From contig NC_045698.1 of NCBI RefSeq assembly GCF_009834535.1, positions 11,596,001-11,660,000 on the forward strand: a stretch of 64,000 bases of DNA, given 5' to 3'. The translations under genes were made by a program, and so were the position numbers. Source of the stretch: Camelus ferus. Lineage: Eukaryota. The notes under the pieces were generated by a model. The model was not told the origin of the DNA. It made no database searches and saw nothing but the letters and a program-made list of their open reading frames with translations. Below, piece after piece: positions 25,433 to 38,915 of this stretch (position 1 is the first letter of the stretch; every line of letters begins with the position of its first letter).

Positions 25433-26939
25433 ATTCTAGTGAATAAGTGAAGGTTGAAAACCAGGTTGGGATTCCCAGCCATGATCTACTGCACAATGCT
25501 TCTATCATTAAATAATCACCATGCAAAGGGGAGAATCAAGACATTTGGCACAGCCCCAGCACTGCTCAGAGAGAACGAACATCAGCTGTAAACTTCCAGC
25601 ATGGTGTAAACACTCACTGGGCAAATGTCAGCCATGAACTGATATTCCCAGGACTCCCCATTCTTGCCACACCTACAGAGAGAAAGGACATGGATTTTCT
25701 TTCGCTTTGTCACTGGATACAGATATCTTGGCCACAATGGTTTGAACTACAGAATGATTCCTCAGCTAAAAGTCACATGACACATGTGGCAGCCCAGTGG
25801 CTTATAAAGGTGGCCAAGTGTCAGAAAAATGCGCTCCTTTTTGGATATAGACCAGCCAACCGAGCAAGAGCCTTTCTCTGGAGGAGTTGAGTGATACAGG
25901 AAGTAGAAGGAAGGGAAACAAGCAGGGCAGCCCTAGAGAGAGTCCAAGATTAGAGAGAGAAGCAGATAGAAAACGACTGAGTGTTGAGAATGGCAAACTC
26001 ACCAGGATAGATGCCGCTGACGGAGGAGACAAGAGGGTACCAGAGCCCTGGAGGATCTTGAGTGATGCTTCCATTTCTGTGACACCCACTGTGGGAGAGT
26101 GGAGGTTGTCTCCTGACCCTCCCCTCTTCCCCAAGTGTCCCTCGCCTGACCCCCATCCTCAGAGGTTATCTCAAGCCTCTCTCTCCTCCTTGTGACCCAA
26201 AGTTATTATAATAATAAGCCTAACAATCAAATGCTTACTTTAGGCTAAATATTTAAGTAGATTGTTTTAGTTAATTATTTCAAAAACACTATGAAATAAG
26301 TGTCATAATTATAATACCCATACGACAGATGTGTGAACTGAGGCAAAACGGGGTCAAGTCTGGTGGAAGCCTTCAGCTTGAATGCAGTAAGTAGCAGTAG
26401 TTAGTCAGTTAAATGAAAATGCCAGCTGCAGCAAGAAAATGTTAAAAACTGGTTCATGCATATCTTCAACATCCTATTTTCCTTAAAACGTATGAATGTA
26501 CATCATTTGGACAAAGACTTCTCTTTTGGTAGAAAGCACTAATTGGAATTCAGCCCTGCTTTTCTGGCAGAAACCACACCCATGACATATGTTTAACATT
26601 TTTTAGTTTCAGTTTCTTTGATGCAAAATAAACCTGGAGACACATGTGAGGAAATCTGATGTGGAATCCTCCTATATATCTTTTTAATTTTTTCTAATCT
26701 TTTATAGTTATTTTTCCAAGACCCAACTTGCCTGATTTTCCTCATCCAGTCCTTCCAACGCATTCAGCTTAGTTTTCACAGGAAGGAAGAAAAGAAAGGA
26801 CCCTTTTTCACACACTCATATTTTATCATTAGTTATCATATTTAGTTAAATCATGTGATGACAACTGGTATTAAAAAATTGAAGACCTAACTTTCAGACA
26901 ACTCACCTAGCAAGAGCAGAAATGTATTGGACTTTTAGA

Positions 26940-27440
26940 GAGGACTCTATACGCTAAGATGGTTATAACTACATATACCATCTCACAAGTTCATCTAGAA
27001 TCTATGCCCCTCCCCTTGAAGCTGGAGGGCACTTGGTATGGTGAAAATGATGCAATGTGGCTTCCAAGCTTAGATCATAAAAGTACTGCATATTTCCACC
27101 TTGTTCTTTTGCAACCCTGCCTCTTGAAACCCAGCCGCATGCTTTGAGGGAGCCCAAACAAGCTATAGAGATGCCACACTGAGAGGAAACACAGCCCTTC
27201 TCCCATGGCCCTGACCAAGCCCCCTGCCGACACCAGCACCTCTTGACAGCCATGTGAATAAACTGTCTGGAAAGGACATCCTCCAGGCCCAGTCAAGCCA
27301 CTCTGCCTTCCACGAAGCAGAGCAGAGATGAGCCGTCCCTGTTGACCACTTGCCAATGACAGATTAGTGAGCAAAGTAAAAGACGGCCATTTTAAGCCAC
27401 GGAGTGTGGGTAGTGTGTTATGCAGCAGTGGGTAACTGCA
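26940..27440 (+). mobile_element. MaLR LTR, MLT1F/G/H-like
   Basis: CCCTCCCCTTGAAGCTGG...CTTCCAAGCTTAGATCATAAAAG...CAGCCATGTGAATAA...TTTTAAGCCAC...GTTATGCAGCAGTGGGTAACTG. Confidence 0.8.
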
Positions 27441-29689
27441 GTGAGTGCTTTGGGTTTCACTGTTACGTTTCACAGAGGGAAGGGAGACCATAGATCAACC
27501 AGCAGGCTTGTTAAGTAAGCATTCCCTGTAACTTCTCCAAGAGTACACAGCATTAAAAGATAAAGCCTAGTTTCGAATCCAGAAGTTTGACTTCAGAATT
27601 ACATTACTATATCTATGAAAACAGTTTTAGAAACCCCATACAAAGCAGTTGATGACTCACAATAATTTGGTTTGGTTTCTTAACTCCATGCTGACAGATG
27701 AGCTCTTAATAGTAAGAGGGTCCAAGGGAAGAGTACAAATTAATATCAGATGTCTAATATTTAAAAGTTTAAAATGAAACTAAAAACTGTTAAATAACAA
27801 AGTTCTATCCTCTTAACTTTACAGATACCTTCATGAAATCTAAGTGGCCAGGTTTGAGTTCCTGGACTCCATGTCTATATACATTTTCTTCCCACCCTTG
27901 GGTCTTGTCCTCACTGCAATGGTTTTGGTGACATGTGTAATTTCCAGCCCATACATACAAGCTTCATTCACATATCCTCTTGCCCCATCCATTGCCTCTT
28001 GGTCAGCTCCAGGTCCTGGGGATGGTCATGCTGGAAGATGGTCAGCTCCAGGAGAATAACTCAGAGAACCCAAAGAAGCTTATGAAGGCTCAGGAGGCAG
28101 ACTTGAGCCATTTGGGTAGAAAATGCTGGGATCCTAGTGCCTGGAGCATGGTGTTAAAAGAGAAGTGGGCTCTGGATGGACCCTGGTGGGCATGTACTCT
28201 CGGCCTCCGGTCCCCGTGTGCCATGGGGAAAAGTGCAGCTAGCAGAGACTAGAGAAGCATGTGAACGGTGAGGGACACGGGACAGGGGCCCCTATCCTCA
28301 GGTCCCAGGGCAGTACTGACCTCCCGTCCCACTTGGTGTTTCTTTCCAAGCCCTCTCCCTGACCCTGGTTCACAGTGTCTGATACATGATGGAGGATTGA
28401 TAAATATTTACCAGAGTAGCCTTACTCCCAAAGGCAAGTCTTGAATTTTCGATCTTAAGTGGTGCTGGGGTTTAAAGATTGTCAGCCCTGAGTGAGGTCA
28501 TAAGACTGGGACTGGAGCCGGACTTCCACACACCTCTGAGCACAGCTAGAATTGATTCTAAGTGAGACTAAATAGCAAATGCAATGTATGAGAATTAGAT
28601 TTGTCTCAATGAATGGTGGCACAAAGCCTGCACCAGACGTTTGAGAATGAAACCTCGAGCACTGATTGTCCCCGTGTTTTGTCCTGACAATGACATTTTC
28701 CCCCGACTCTGACAAACTGCTCTCATCTCTTCCCCACACCTGTGCCCAGCCGAGCCCTCTACTTCCCCACCCAAGTACACACATGCTTCTGGTAATGACC
28801 ACGAAGAAAAGTGCAAGTGTTTGGGGCTAATGGTTGCTGTTTTGCTCTGTAGAATGTTTCCACATTTAGGAGATTTATTTACAAAGAACTAGTCAACCTG
28901 ATTGTATCTTCAAAGCAACCTCTGCAGAACCACAGAACCTTCCAAGTCCAATACCAGTAATGATAGTACCATGCTATCATTCACCAGACCTAAAACTCAG
29001 ACCTTCTAAGCTTGTGTATGTTGTGGACAAAAACCCACTTACTTAGTTTCAGTGCTGTGTTTCAAGCACATTCTCCTCTACATCCAGGAAAATCATTACC
29101 AGTGGATGTCGTTGTTTTAGTTAATCAGAGCTAGATCTCTTAATACAGTTCTAGTCCAAACATAAAGGACTTGAGTCATAAAGTCCTGTAGAAAAAGTTT
29201 GCCTGTCATTTTGATTAAACTTAGTTCTACTAGCTTCAGGAAAAAACCAGTGTAAGTTATACCCTGAGGTATTTTAAGTAAAAGTGAAAAGAAAAGGAAA
29301 GGAAAATTTCTGTCACTAAATTTAATTTACTTTTATTTGGAACGGAGTTAATGCAAATTCTTCATAAACATGGCCATGTGAAAATTTCTAATGGAACAGA
29401 TTGTTGAGGCATAATTCTCCTAGGATGTAATTCAAAAGTGCCCTCAGAATTGTTTCCTATAAGGCTATCAGATCCAAGGCAAGAAACAAAGATTAAAACT
29501 GTGAGAAATGAACGTTGCACTCTCTCCCTGAATGTTCCACTCTCTCTCTGAATGTTCTTCTGACATTTAAAACAAACCATCAGCTACAGGAAATCTCTAC
29601 CTAAACTCATGATTGGTGCTGTGGACATTGATGTTGACAAAGAATTATATAAATTGTACTTTATTTATTTATTTTTCACATAAATGTCT

Positions 29690-29850
29690 TTATTTTTATT
29701 TTTAACCTTTCCTATGATACTGTTTCTGTACAGTAAACTACACATATTTCAGATGTACAATTTGATGAATTTTGATAAATGTACACACCCATGAAACCAC
29801 CAGTGCAATCAAGATAGCTAGCATTTCCATCCCTCCCCAAGAGATCCAAT
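29690..29850 (-). mobile_element. L1 3'-end fragment (old L1M)
   Basis: GTACAATTTGATGAATTTTGATAAATGTACACACCCATGAAACCACC...ATCAAGATA...CATTTCCATC. Confidence 0.75.
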
Positions 29851-30170
29851 TTTTGAATTCCCAAATAAACTGTATTTTAAATGGTACTTTAACCTTTAGA
29901 GATTGAGAGCATTTCATGAATTGGGAGGGGGAAAGAAAGTAAGCTGTGGAGAGTTAATTTATTAATTATTAACTATTAATTGTATGTTCACGGGAAACTA
30001 AAACATAAGAGAATAACACTGCTCCCCCATCCCCAAAGCTGCGTTGGCACCTTTTTTCTGTTATGGACAGTTTTTTGTTTTGTTTTGGTTACATTATTAT
30101 TATTACTTTCCCCAAGGAGACGTGCACTAGGTCCTGGAAGGGATGGGAGGTGAGAGGTGCAAGGATGAGA

Positions 30171-30270
30171 TGTGTGGTAGACCAAAGAACGGCCCCTAAA
30201 TGTGCTGCAATTCTAGTTCCAGAAACTGCTGACTGTGTGGTCTTACATGGCAAAGGGGAGCTAAAGGCAA
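30171..30270 (+). mobile_element. 5' fragment of an MLT1D/E-like LTR
   Basis: TGTGGTAGACCAAAGAACGGCCCCTAAA...TTACATGGCAAAGGGG matches the start of the copy at 35457. Confidence 0.7.
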
Positions 30271-32705
30271 GGGTTTCAGAGTGAATAAGAAAGCAGGACC
30301 CAACTACATCCTGTTTACAAGAGGTGAACTTTAAGTATGAAAACACAAATAATTTAAAAGTAAATTTGAGAAAATGTGTACCACTGCAAATAATAACTGT
30401 AAGAAAGCTGGTATGGTACAATTGATGCTGACCAAGTAAATGTCCATACCAGAGACAAAGGAAAGCAGTTCATAGCACAAAAAGGTCCACTTATTAAGAA
30501 GATAAATGATTGTATCTATATATCTCTCTCTCTCTCCAGAACTTCAAAACACATGAAACAAAAACTTACAAGATAAACAGAGAAACAGACAAATCCATAA
30601 TCATAATGGAGTAATTTATAACATGCAAATTTTAAAAATCTGTAGAGATATAGATTTGAATGATATCGGCCAATTCATCATAATAGAAATTTATGGAACA
30701 CCATACCCAATAATTGCAAGAATCCATAAAAACTTCATGAAGTGTAGTACATTAAACATGACCAGCAATTAATTGTTCCTCCCCCTGTCAAGTAGTAGAA
30801 TCTATATTCTCACCTGCTTTGACCAATCACATATGGCAGAATTAATGTTATACTACTTATGGGTCAAGGCCTCAGAGCCCTTGCCACTTGACGCCCAACC
30901 TGTTGCAATGTCGCTGCCACTAAGGAAGGCAGCAGAGTCTAACCTCCAAGAGACTGAAATTTCACATGAAGAAAGGTCCAGTCAAACCAGTGTCCAAGCT
31001 GAGCCCAGCCCCTAGCCAACCTTCCAGTTGAATGCAGCCTCATGAGTGAGATCAAGGGAAAGTAGCATAAGAATCAACCAGGCAACCAACAGAATAATAA
31101 AAAAAAAAAGAATAAATTATTGCTTTTAAATCACTAAGTTTTAGGGGTGGCTTGTTATGAAGCAGTTGATCACTGATACACTAAGAAAGACCACATACTT
31201 GACCATAAAATCATCTTAACAAATTTCAGTAGATTTAAATCTTACAAAGCATCTTTTTAACCACAGTGAGTTAAATTATAAATATTATAATTTGATGACA
31301 ATAAGATATTTAAAAGCCTACAAATGTTTTGAAATTAAGCACCTAGTTCTAAGTAATTTATGGATCAAAGAAGAAACCATGAGAGAAATTATAAAATATT
31401 TTGAGCAGAATGATGAAGAAAACAATGTGTCAAGATACACTGGATACAGTTAAATCAGCACTTAGAGGGAAATGTATAGTTTCAAGTGCTTATGTTTAAA
31501 AAGAATAAAGGTTTAAAATTCATGAACTAAGATTCCACCTTAAGAAGTTATACAAAGGAGAGAAAAATTAAACCCAAATTTAGCAGAATGAAAGAAATAA
31601 TAGTCATTATTTACAGATACAGAGCTGACTGTATATGTAGAGAACACCAGGTCAATAACAACAACAAAAACCTTGAGAGTAATGACAGAATTCAGCTGTA
31701 CCTCAGGCTACAAGGACTACGTAGAAAAATAAACATATTGTTACATACTAGCAATAAACAATTAAAAAGATAAGACAAAACACCATCTACAAAGATATAA
31801 ATACTTAGGAATAACTTTAACAAAATATATAAAGGACCTCCACTCTTACAACAAAATATGGTTGAGATAAATGAATGAAATCCTAAATAAATGCTTATGT
31901 GTTGAGAGATCCAATATGCTTACAATTTCTATTTGCCTCCAAGTTCACCTATAATTTCAATGCAATGCCAAACAAAAGCCTAGCAACGGTTTTTTTTTGT
32001 TTGTATTTCTGTTTGTTTTTTTTTTTTTTTGTAAAATTGAAGAGCTGATTCTAAGATGTACATGGAAATGCAATGATTCCAGAATAACCAAATCAATTTT
32101 GAAAAAAATGAGACAAGTTGGAGGGTTTACTTACACTAAAAGTTCTCATGGCTAGACAAATTCTGCTTTTAGGCTTGTTTATCCAAAAGAAATAATTTAA
32201 AATATACATTCATAGAAGACTTGTGTTAAGAAAGGTCATAGCCTTCTTCTTCATAATAACCCCAAACTGGAAAATAGCCTGAATATCCATTAAAGAAGAA
32301 TGGATAGTTATCTAGTCATGTAATAGAACACTGTTCAAAAATACAAAAAAAGAACAAAAACTGATACACACACATTGTGGGTAAATCTCAAAAACATTTT
32401 GAAGAGCAAAAGTTGTCAGACACAAAACACACATCCTGTAGTATGTAGTATGTACATGTTTCATTTATATGAAGTTCAAGAATAGACAATGCTAATGTAT
32501 CTCAGTAGAAATTGCAAGAGCAGTTGCTTCTAGGCAGCACAGAAATGAACTCAAAAGGAACATAAAGAAACTTTCTGGGGTGCTGAATATGTTCTGCATT
32601 TTGATTGGGATGTTTGCTGCACAGGTGTATACATTTGTCAATACTCACCAACTGTATACTCAACGTGTGTGCATTTTGGTATATGTACATTAAAGCAATA
32701 ATGAA
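30271..32705 (+). mobile_element. Old L1 (L1MD/L1ME-like): decayed ORF2 endonuclease region joined to the 3' end, internally deleted
   Basis: 30282 onward translates *IRKQDPTTSCLQEVNFKYENTNNLKV (cf. L1 ORF2 WIKKQDPTICCLQE). 3' UTR motifs AAACTTTCTGGGGTGCTGAATATGTTCTG...GGTGTATACATTTGTCAA. Confidence 0.85.
30743..31180 (+). mobile_element. MaLR LTR (MLT1G/H-like) nested in the L1
   Basis: TG...CA ends. CTGCTTTGACCAAT...GGCAGAA; TTTTAAATCACTAAGTTTTAGGGGTGGCTTGTTATGAAGCAG...CACTGATACA. L1 sequence resumes afterwards. Confidence 0.8.
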
Positions 32706-33489
32706 TTAATTTATAAGAAAAATTAATTAGCATGTCTGCAGGGGGTTTTCAACCCCTGGGACAAGTAAATCTCACAGGAGAGATAGCCAAAGCCAGGAGC
32801 TGATTGAAGGACCTGGGTGAGACTCAGATGGTCAGCATCCTAGTAAGAGCTCAGGTGGGGAGGACACTCAGCCAGAAATGACAACTGAACTTCCTTGGAG
32901 CAACCACCAAGCAAGCCCAAGTGAGAAAGGAGGCATGCAGGCTACTGGAGCAGCGGAGGAGGTGAGCTCCAAGGTGGATGCCCCAAGATCTGAGGCATCT
33001 AGCTACACCCCCAGACTGAATTCAGCGGAGTCGGCAAAAGAGGATCACACGCAGACGAGACAGCCTCCTTCCACCACTGGTAGTAATGTAAACCTTTTTC
33101 CTTTTCCCTTCTGCCTCCCGAATAAAGGAGAGAACAAAAGGGGAGCATTAAAATTTATTTTTTAAAAGATATTTGTTCACAAGATACAGTTTTTATTTAA
33201 AAACTTATGTTTTAAATCAGAAAAGTCTGAGTTGTCTTAACTGGCAAATTCAAATACCCCAACCCCACCCCAGCTACCAGCCTCAGGCAGAGTAGAGATT
33301 CCAGAACTCCAGACCCACAGCTATAAAAACTAAAAGTCCTTCTTTTGTTGTCGTTTTTGAACATTTGGGTTAAAGTGTATACATTTTAAATCCTGATCCA
33401 TTCTGGTTTTCAGTCTTCATTCTGGCTGGAGAAGTATAGGGTTGGTGTGAGCAAAATTAGAAACTGGGAGAATAAATAAGAGGCTACTG

Positions 33490-33740
33490 AAGAATGCTAG
33501 GCAAGAAATTGTGAGATAAAATGGGACTGAATGAGATCAAGGAAGTAAATCTATAAGAAGGCAGGATATAAGAATAATGCCTATGTCCTTGGTTGGGCAG
33601 CTGGGTGGATTGCAATGCCATTTAATGTTGAAGGAATACAGGGGGTTTGGATTTGAGGGACAGGAGGAGGATGATAAGTTTAGCTTTTAACCTGTTACCC
33701 TGAGATGCCCATGGAGCATTTAGGAGAACACCTCCAAGGT
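33490..33740 (-). mobile_element. L2 fragment
   Basis: GGTTGGGCAGCTGGGTGGAT...GCCATTTAA...GATAAGTTTAGCTTT...GAGATGCCCATGGAGCAT. Confidence 0.6.
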
Positions 33741-33869
33741 CCTCTTGTATTTTAGGTCTTAAAACTCAGCAAAGAATTTTGGCCTGGAGTAAAAGAAGAT
33801 AAAAGAGATTAAGAAGGACTAAATTAAATTCTTGGCTGAAAATTCTACAACAGAGAGGTAAGGAAAATT

Positions 33870-34330
33870 GGAAGATTGGGTATTTAGTTTGCAATAAGAT
33901 TGCTTTTTTTTCCCCTGTAAAAACCAAACCAAACCAGAAAATCCAACTACTTGACAGAATTTTATTCTTTTCACATAGCAAAAAGCTAAGAGGTAAGTGG
34001 TTGCTAGCATTGGTTCAAATATGCAATGATGTTAGAACCAGCACTTCTGGAGTTCTGTTATCCTCACAATTTCAAGACAGCTGCTTTAGCTCTAGCCACC
34101 ATATGCATTCAAAGTGGGGAAGAGGAGAGAGTATCACCAGTCTGACCCCTTTTATCAGGAAGTTTCCCCAGAGCTACCCTACCAGGCTTGTACCTGTGGC
34201 TGTATTTCCAGCATATAGCCATCCCAGGCCAAAAAGCTGGAGAAGTGAATATGCTTATGAAGTTAATATTCAGTTGCACAAGATACAAGGTGGTAGGGAA
34301 TGGGTGTCGGGTTGGCCAAGCAGCAGTGTT
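33870..34330 (-). mobile_element. Old MaLR LTR fragment (MLT1J/K/L-like)
   Basis: GGTAAGTGGTTGCTAGCATTGGTTCA...CTTTTATCAGGAAG...GCCATCCC...GCTGGAGAAGTGAAT. Confidence 0.45.
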
Positions 34331-34539
34331 TGTGAAGTTCAAAGCAACACACAAGTTTAGTGATGAGGAAAGTTGGGGAAGTCTATACTGGGAATCTTGA
34401 CATAATGGACTTTCAAAACCCCCCTTGTTTGGATATTTAGGAAAATGAAAAGAAAAAAAAAACCCCAACAATTTGGAGAGTTTTGTCTTTATATAACACA
34501 GAAACAACTAAGTGGAAGTTGGGCTATCTTTGAATTAAA

Positions 34540-34720
34540 GATAAAGAAACTTCAATCAGGCTGCCTGAGTTTGCGCTCAGCCCTGCCACTCACCAACTAG
34601 TATCTTTCCACATAACATTTAGGCCAGATTTTTTCATCCATAAAATAGAAATAATAAACATCTCAAGCGCTGCCAAGCAGGGAGCAAAGACTCATGAATG
34701 TTAGTTGTTTTTATTAGGTC
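34540..34720 (+). mobile_element. MIR SINE fragment
   Basis: CAGGCTGCCTGAGTTTG...CAGCCCTGCCACTCACCAACT...TTTTTCATCCATAAAATAGAAATAATAA. Confidence 0.65.
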
Positions 34721-35456
34721 ATGCAGTCTGAAGGTCTTCAAACAATTCATTATATTTAATCATAATAATGGAAAATTACATTTAAAGAAATAATTTATAG
34801 TCGAAAGCTGCGCCTTTTGAAAACCACCCTCATTCATAATTCCAAATAAAATTGTAAGTTTAAAAATTCTAAAATTAAATAACAGTAACAAATAAAAATA
34901 AAAGCAAGGGAAATTTGGAGAGTGACATGATTCTGCTTGCAGGTCTAAGTGACTCCATTTCATCACCAGTGAATTCCACTGAGCATCCTAATCCAAGATC
35001 CAGTCCCTGGGTAAAGGGGGCTCTCTGCCCATTAAGGGATTTCTAAGAGACTGAAGCAGATTGCTCTGTGATGGGGTCTTCATGGAGCCTGAGCAGGTTA
35101 GCAGTCTGCAACTGCCGTAGGACTGTGGAAGCCAGCACTCTCAAGACTTTGCCTTCTTAGTAGAGCAGCAGCCGTGGGTCCCGTAGGTAAGAGCAGAACA
35201 GTGCTCTCCGTCTCCTCACCCCTCCCTTGTGGGGCTAGGTGATGCCCTAGACTCTACAGTGCTTCCAAGATTTAACTGCAAATAATTTGATGACTATGAT
35301 GAAGGCATCTCTGGAAACACATCTAGTTCCTGCAGAGAACTGTGTTCAGCAGTACCTACACCCAACTGGGACCCCAATTTGGAAGAGGTAGCCTTAGCAA
35401 AAGTTTAGACATTGAGCATAATGAGCTTGTACATGAGCACAAACTAAGATCACACT

Positions 35457-35933
35457 TACGGTAGGCAGAATAATGGCCCGGCAAAGATTTCCTAATTTCC
35501 CAAACCTGTGAATACCTTACATGGCAGAAAGGGCTTGGCAGATGTGATTAAATTAAGGATTTTGAGATGGGGAGATTGTCCTGGATTAGCTGAGGGGACC
35601 AAGTGTAATCACAAGGGTCCTCAGAAGATGGAGACAGGAGAGTTAAAGTAAGAGAGGAGATGTGTGAGGGGAGCAGAGATTGGAGTGATGCATTTTGAAG
35701 AGGGAGGAAGGGACAACAAATCAAAGAATATGGGTGGCCTCTGGAAGCTAGAAAACACAAGGAAAGTAATTGTTCCCTAGAGCCTCCAGAAGGAAACAGC
35801 TCTGTTGATTTTAGCCCCTTAAGATCCATTTTGGACTTGTAACCTCCAGAAATGTACAATGATAGAGGTGTGTTGCTTTAAGCCATTTGTGGTATGTAGC
35901 AATTTGTTACAGCAGCAACAGGAAACTAATACA
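35457..35933 (+). mobile_element. MaLR LTR, MLT1D-like, near full length
   Basis: GGTAGGCAGAATAATGGCCC...TTACATGGCAGAAAGGG...GCAGATGTGATTAAATTAAGGATTTTGAGATGGGGAGATT...CCCTAGAGCCTCCAGAAGGAA...GTTACAGCAGCAACAGGAAACTAATACA. Confidence 0.92.
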
Positions 35934-36105
35934 AACTTTATCATTCATTTGTTTCATGGTCATATGTCTCAACATCCTCCTTCTCATGAATGATTCAATC
36001 TCCTAGGGAGGAACCCGGTTGAAAGGTTTCTAATAGCTAACACTGAGACATGAACTGACACAGCTTCTGGTCCTTCCTCCAGGCCACATCCCTCTGCTGT
36101 CCCTT

Positions 36106-36108
<3 letters not shown>

Positions 36109-36136
<28 letters not shown>
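36109..36136 (+). repeat. (AC)14 microsatellite
   Basis: Directly visible. Confidence 0.97.
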
Positions 36137-37095
36137 GACTCTCTTCACTAGGGTCTAGGTGGTAGAGCATCTCCAGATGCATCTGGGACACTGGAAGGAG
36201 TTTTTCCCTCATGGTTCTGTTAAACCTCAGGATATGAGGGCTGTTCAAACTTGGCCACAAGCCAGCTAAAAGTGAGATTGTGGAAATGCAACTTGGGTTA
36301 ATGAGATTTATTTGAAGCATGGTCTCAGTAAGCTGCAGCTGCCAAATCCAAACTTCTGACTCATATGCATTATGAATTTGAAAGAATATTTAGGAGAAAA
36401 GTATTTAAACAATGTCTCCCACATGTATACAGTGTCCATTCAGCTGACAGTATGAGAAGTTACTCCTCGCTGAAGAACTCTCTGATGAACTCCTTCTGCA
36501 TCAAGTGCTTCTTTCTAAGCTGACATTGGACCACACAGCCTGGCTTTTTCTACCCCCTCATTCACTCTTCCTCCAGATAAGAACTCCATGTAATTAAAGA
36601 ACTAATTGTATTCGACTCTATCACCAACATGCTACAAAGGGCATCTAAACATTAATTGCATAGGCATTTTTTGCAACCCAGAGAAGCATCTCTAGGAAGC
36701 TGATATAATGAAAAATTGATCATTCAATAGCTGTTAGACCAAATCTAGATATGCAGTGATAACATTAATCATAGCTCAGTACATCAAATCAGGAGCTTGT
36801 AAACAACATGACATGGTGCTCCCAGAACACTAATGCTTTCTTCTTTTCAGGAGATTTAGCTCCAAGCATGAATGCCCTTAGGGTATCTGTGGGACTTTCC
36901 CAAAGATCTCCACTGGCAGAACAATTGTTGGAAAGATGATCTGTTCAGGGAAGATAAAATGTTTTTTTCTAAGCTTAATATGAATTACATTCCTTTATTA
37001 TTTTTTTCTGAAATGGTGACAGTCAGAAAGAGGTCTCTTGTTTCAAAAAAAGAAGTAAATCATGGATTCTGATACTGGTGATACTGGTGAAAAAT

Positions 37096-37200
37096 GAGAG
37101 AAAGAAGAGGGAGGAAAAGGAAGAGGAGGAGGAAGAGGAGAAGAAGAAGGAGGAGGAGGAGGGGAGGGTGAGGGGAGGAAGAGGAGATGGAGAAGGGAAA
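37096..37200 (+). repeat. (GAG/GAA)n purine-rich tract
   Basis: Directly visible. Confidence 0.9.
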
Positions 37201-37584
37201 CTGGCATGTATTAGCGTTAAGGAGAATTTAGAGATTATTTAATCTGACCAGGAGATGCACTGCAGTCTCCTAGCAGGTCAAGGGTCCTGCTTTATTATAT
37301 TTTTAATTGTCACATGATTCTTGAATGCAAAGGCTGTCCAGTTAATGACGTATACAGTGGTGAGCAGGACCTCCTCTGCACAATTTAACCCACTTTGCAC
37401 TTAAACCCAGGTGTGGTGCTCACCTGGATGACCTGTAAATTCAGTGTCTGATGACAACTGCCCCCTCAGTATTCCAGGCAGTCCTTCCCTTCCTCAGTCC
37501 CCTCTTTTACCCATTCTTTATCAGTTTTCTTATAATACTAACAATATCTTCTGATTCCAGCATCTCCCTTCTGATTCTCAGCGA

Positions 37585-38915
37585 ATTCATTTATTTATTT
37601 TTTTAAAAAAGTGTTTGTTGAATGCCCACTCGGTGCCAGCCATTCTTCTAGGCTGGGAAGTAGCAGTGAACCAGCGTGGTCGCCGCTCTCATGGAGCTCA
37701 TGTTGTATGGAGAGAAAGTCTACTGAGCAAATCGGCAGGTACTGGGTGGCTGCTAAAGGTTTTACAAGGAAAATAAAACAGAGTGAGGGAGCAGGGAATG
37801 GGAGGAGGGGGCCATTTTGGAGTGGACTGGAAGGACTTCATGGCAAGAAGAAAGTGAGGTGGTGCTGTGAGCACACGAGGGCAAGAGTGTTCTAGGCAAA
37901 GGAGAAGCCAGTGCAAAAGTTCTGCAGCAGGAATGTGCTTTCTAGGTTTGAAAATCAGCAAGAGTCAGACTGAGTGAGTGGGAAGAGGAGTAGGAGCTGA
38001 CGTCAGAGGGGCAGCCAGAGGGAGATCACGTGGGACCTTGAGAATGAGAACACTGACTTCATGCTCAGCAGGAAGGGGCCTCCTTAGGCGTTTGAGTCAA
38101 GGAGTGATGTGATCTGATTTACATTCTGCAATGATGACTGCTGCTGTGTTGTGCTAGGATGGATGGGGAACAAGAAGACTGCACTAGATTCCTGCGGCTG
38201 CCATAGCAAAGCACCCTGAACTGGGTGGCTTCAAACAACAGAAATTTATTCTCTCACAGTTCTGGAGGCCAGAAGTCCAAAATCAAGCTGTTTGCAGAGC
38301 CATGTTCTCTCTCTGAAGGATCCAGGGGCTCATCCTTCTTCGCCCCTTCCTGGCTTCGGGTGGCTGCTGACTATCCCTGGTTTGCAGCTGCACCACTCCA
38401 GTCTCTGCCTCCATCAACCCGTGACATTTTTCCTTGTGTGTCTGTATGTCTGTGCGTCTTCACGTGGCCTTCTTACAAGGACACTGCTGTTGGGTTTAGA
38501 GATCGAGTATGATCTCATCCTAACTAGTTATATATGTAAAACCCTACTTCCAAATAAGGTCACGTTCTTAGGTTTCATGTGGATATGAACATGGAAGGGG
38601 AGGACAAAACTTAACCCAGCAAACTGGGTAAGGGAGCTACTCCAGTAGGGCCCTGTGAGAGATACAGTGGTGACCAGGGTGGGAGGTAATGATCAGTGAT
38701 TAGACTCGGGGAAAATGTTAAAGGGTGAACCCGCAGACTTCACTAATGGAGTTAATGTGGGATACAAGGGAATGAAAGAATTTAGGGATGACACCAAGAT
38801 TTTTGGCCTGAGCAACTAACTACCAGGATGCAACTTCCATTTGTGGTGATGGCAGGGGAGCAGGTTTTGGAGGAGAGATAATCAGTTCTGGTTTGGATAG
38901 ATTTTGAGATGCCTT
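37585..38915 (-). mobile_element. L2 LINE (3' ~0.9 kb), interrupted by an MLT1 LTR
   Basis: ATTCATTTATT...TTGTTGAATGCCCACTCGGTGCCAGCCATTCTTCTAGGCTGGG; GAGTGTTCTAGGCAAAGG; GGATGACACCAAGATTTTTGGCCTGAGCAACT. Confidence 0.85.
38180..38620 (-). mobile_element. MaLR LTR, MLT1C-like, nested in L2
   Basis: GGCTGCCATAGCAAAGCACC...GGTGGCTTCAAACAACAGAAATTTATTCTCTCACAGTTCTGGAGGCCAGAAGTCCAAAATCAAG...CCCTACTTCCAAATAAGGTCAC. Confidence 0.9.

Noticed and set aside
25802..26195. Overlapping ~100-aa ORFs on both strands
   Set aside because: No recognisable domain, no convincing splice sites, and within the chance expectation for a GC-richer patch.
28000..28052. 14-bp direct repeat TGGTCAGCTCCAGG with a 25-nt spacer (CRISPR-like look)
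   Set aside because: Only two copies, eukaryotic context and no cas genes. An ordinary micro-duplication.
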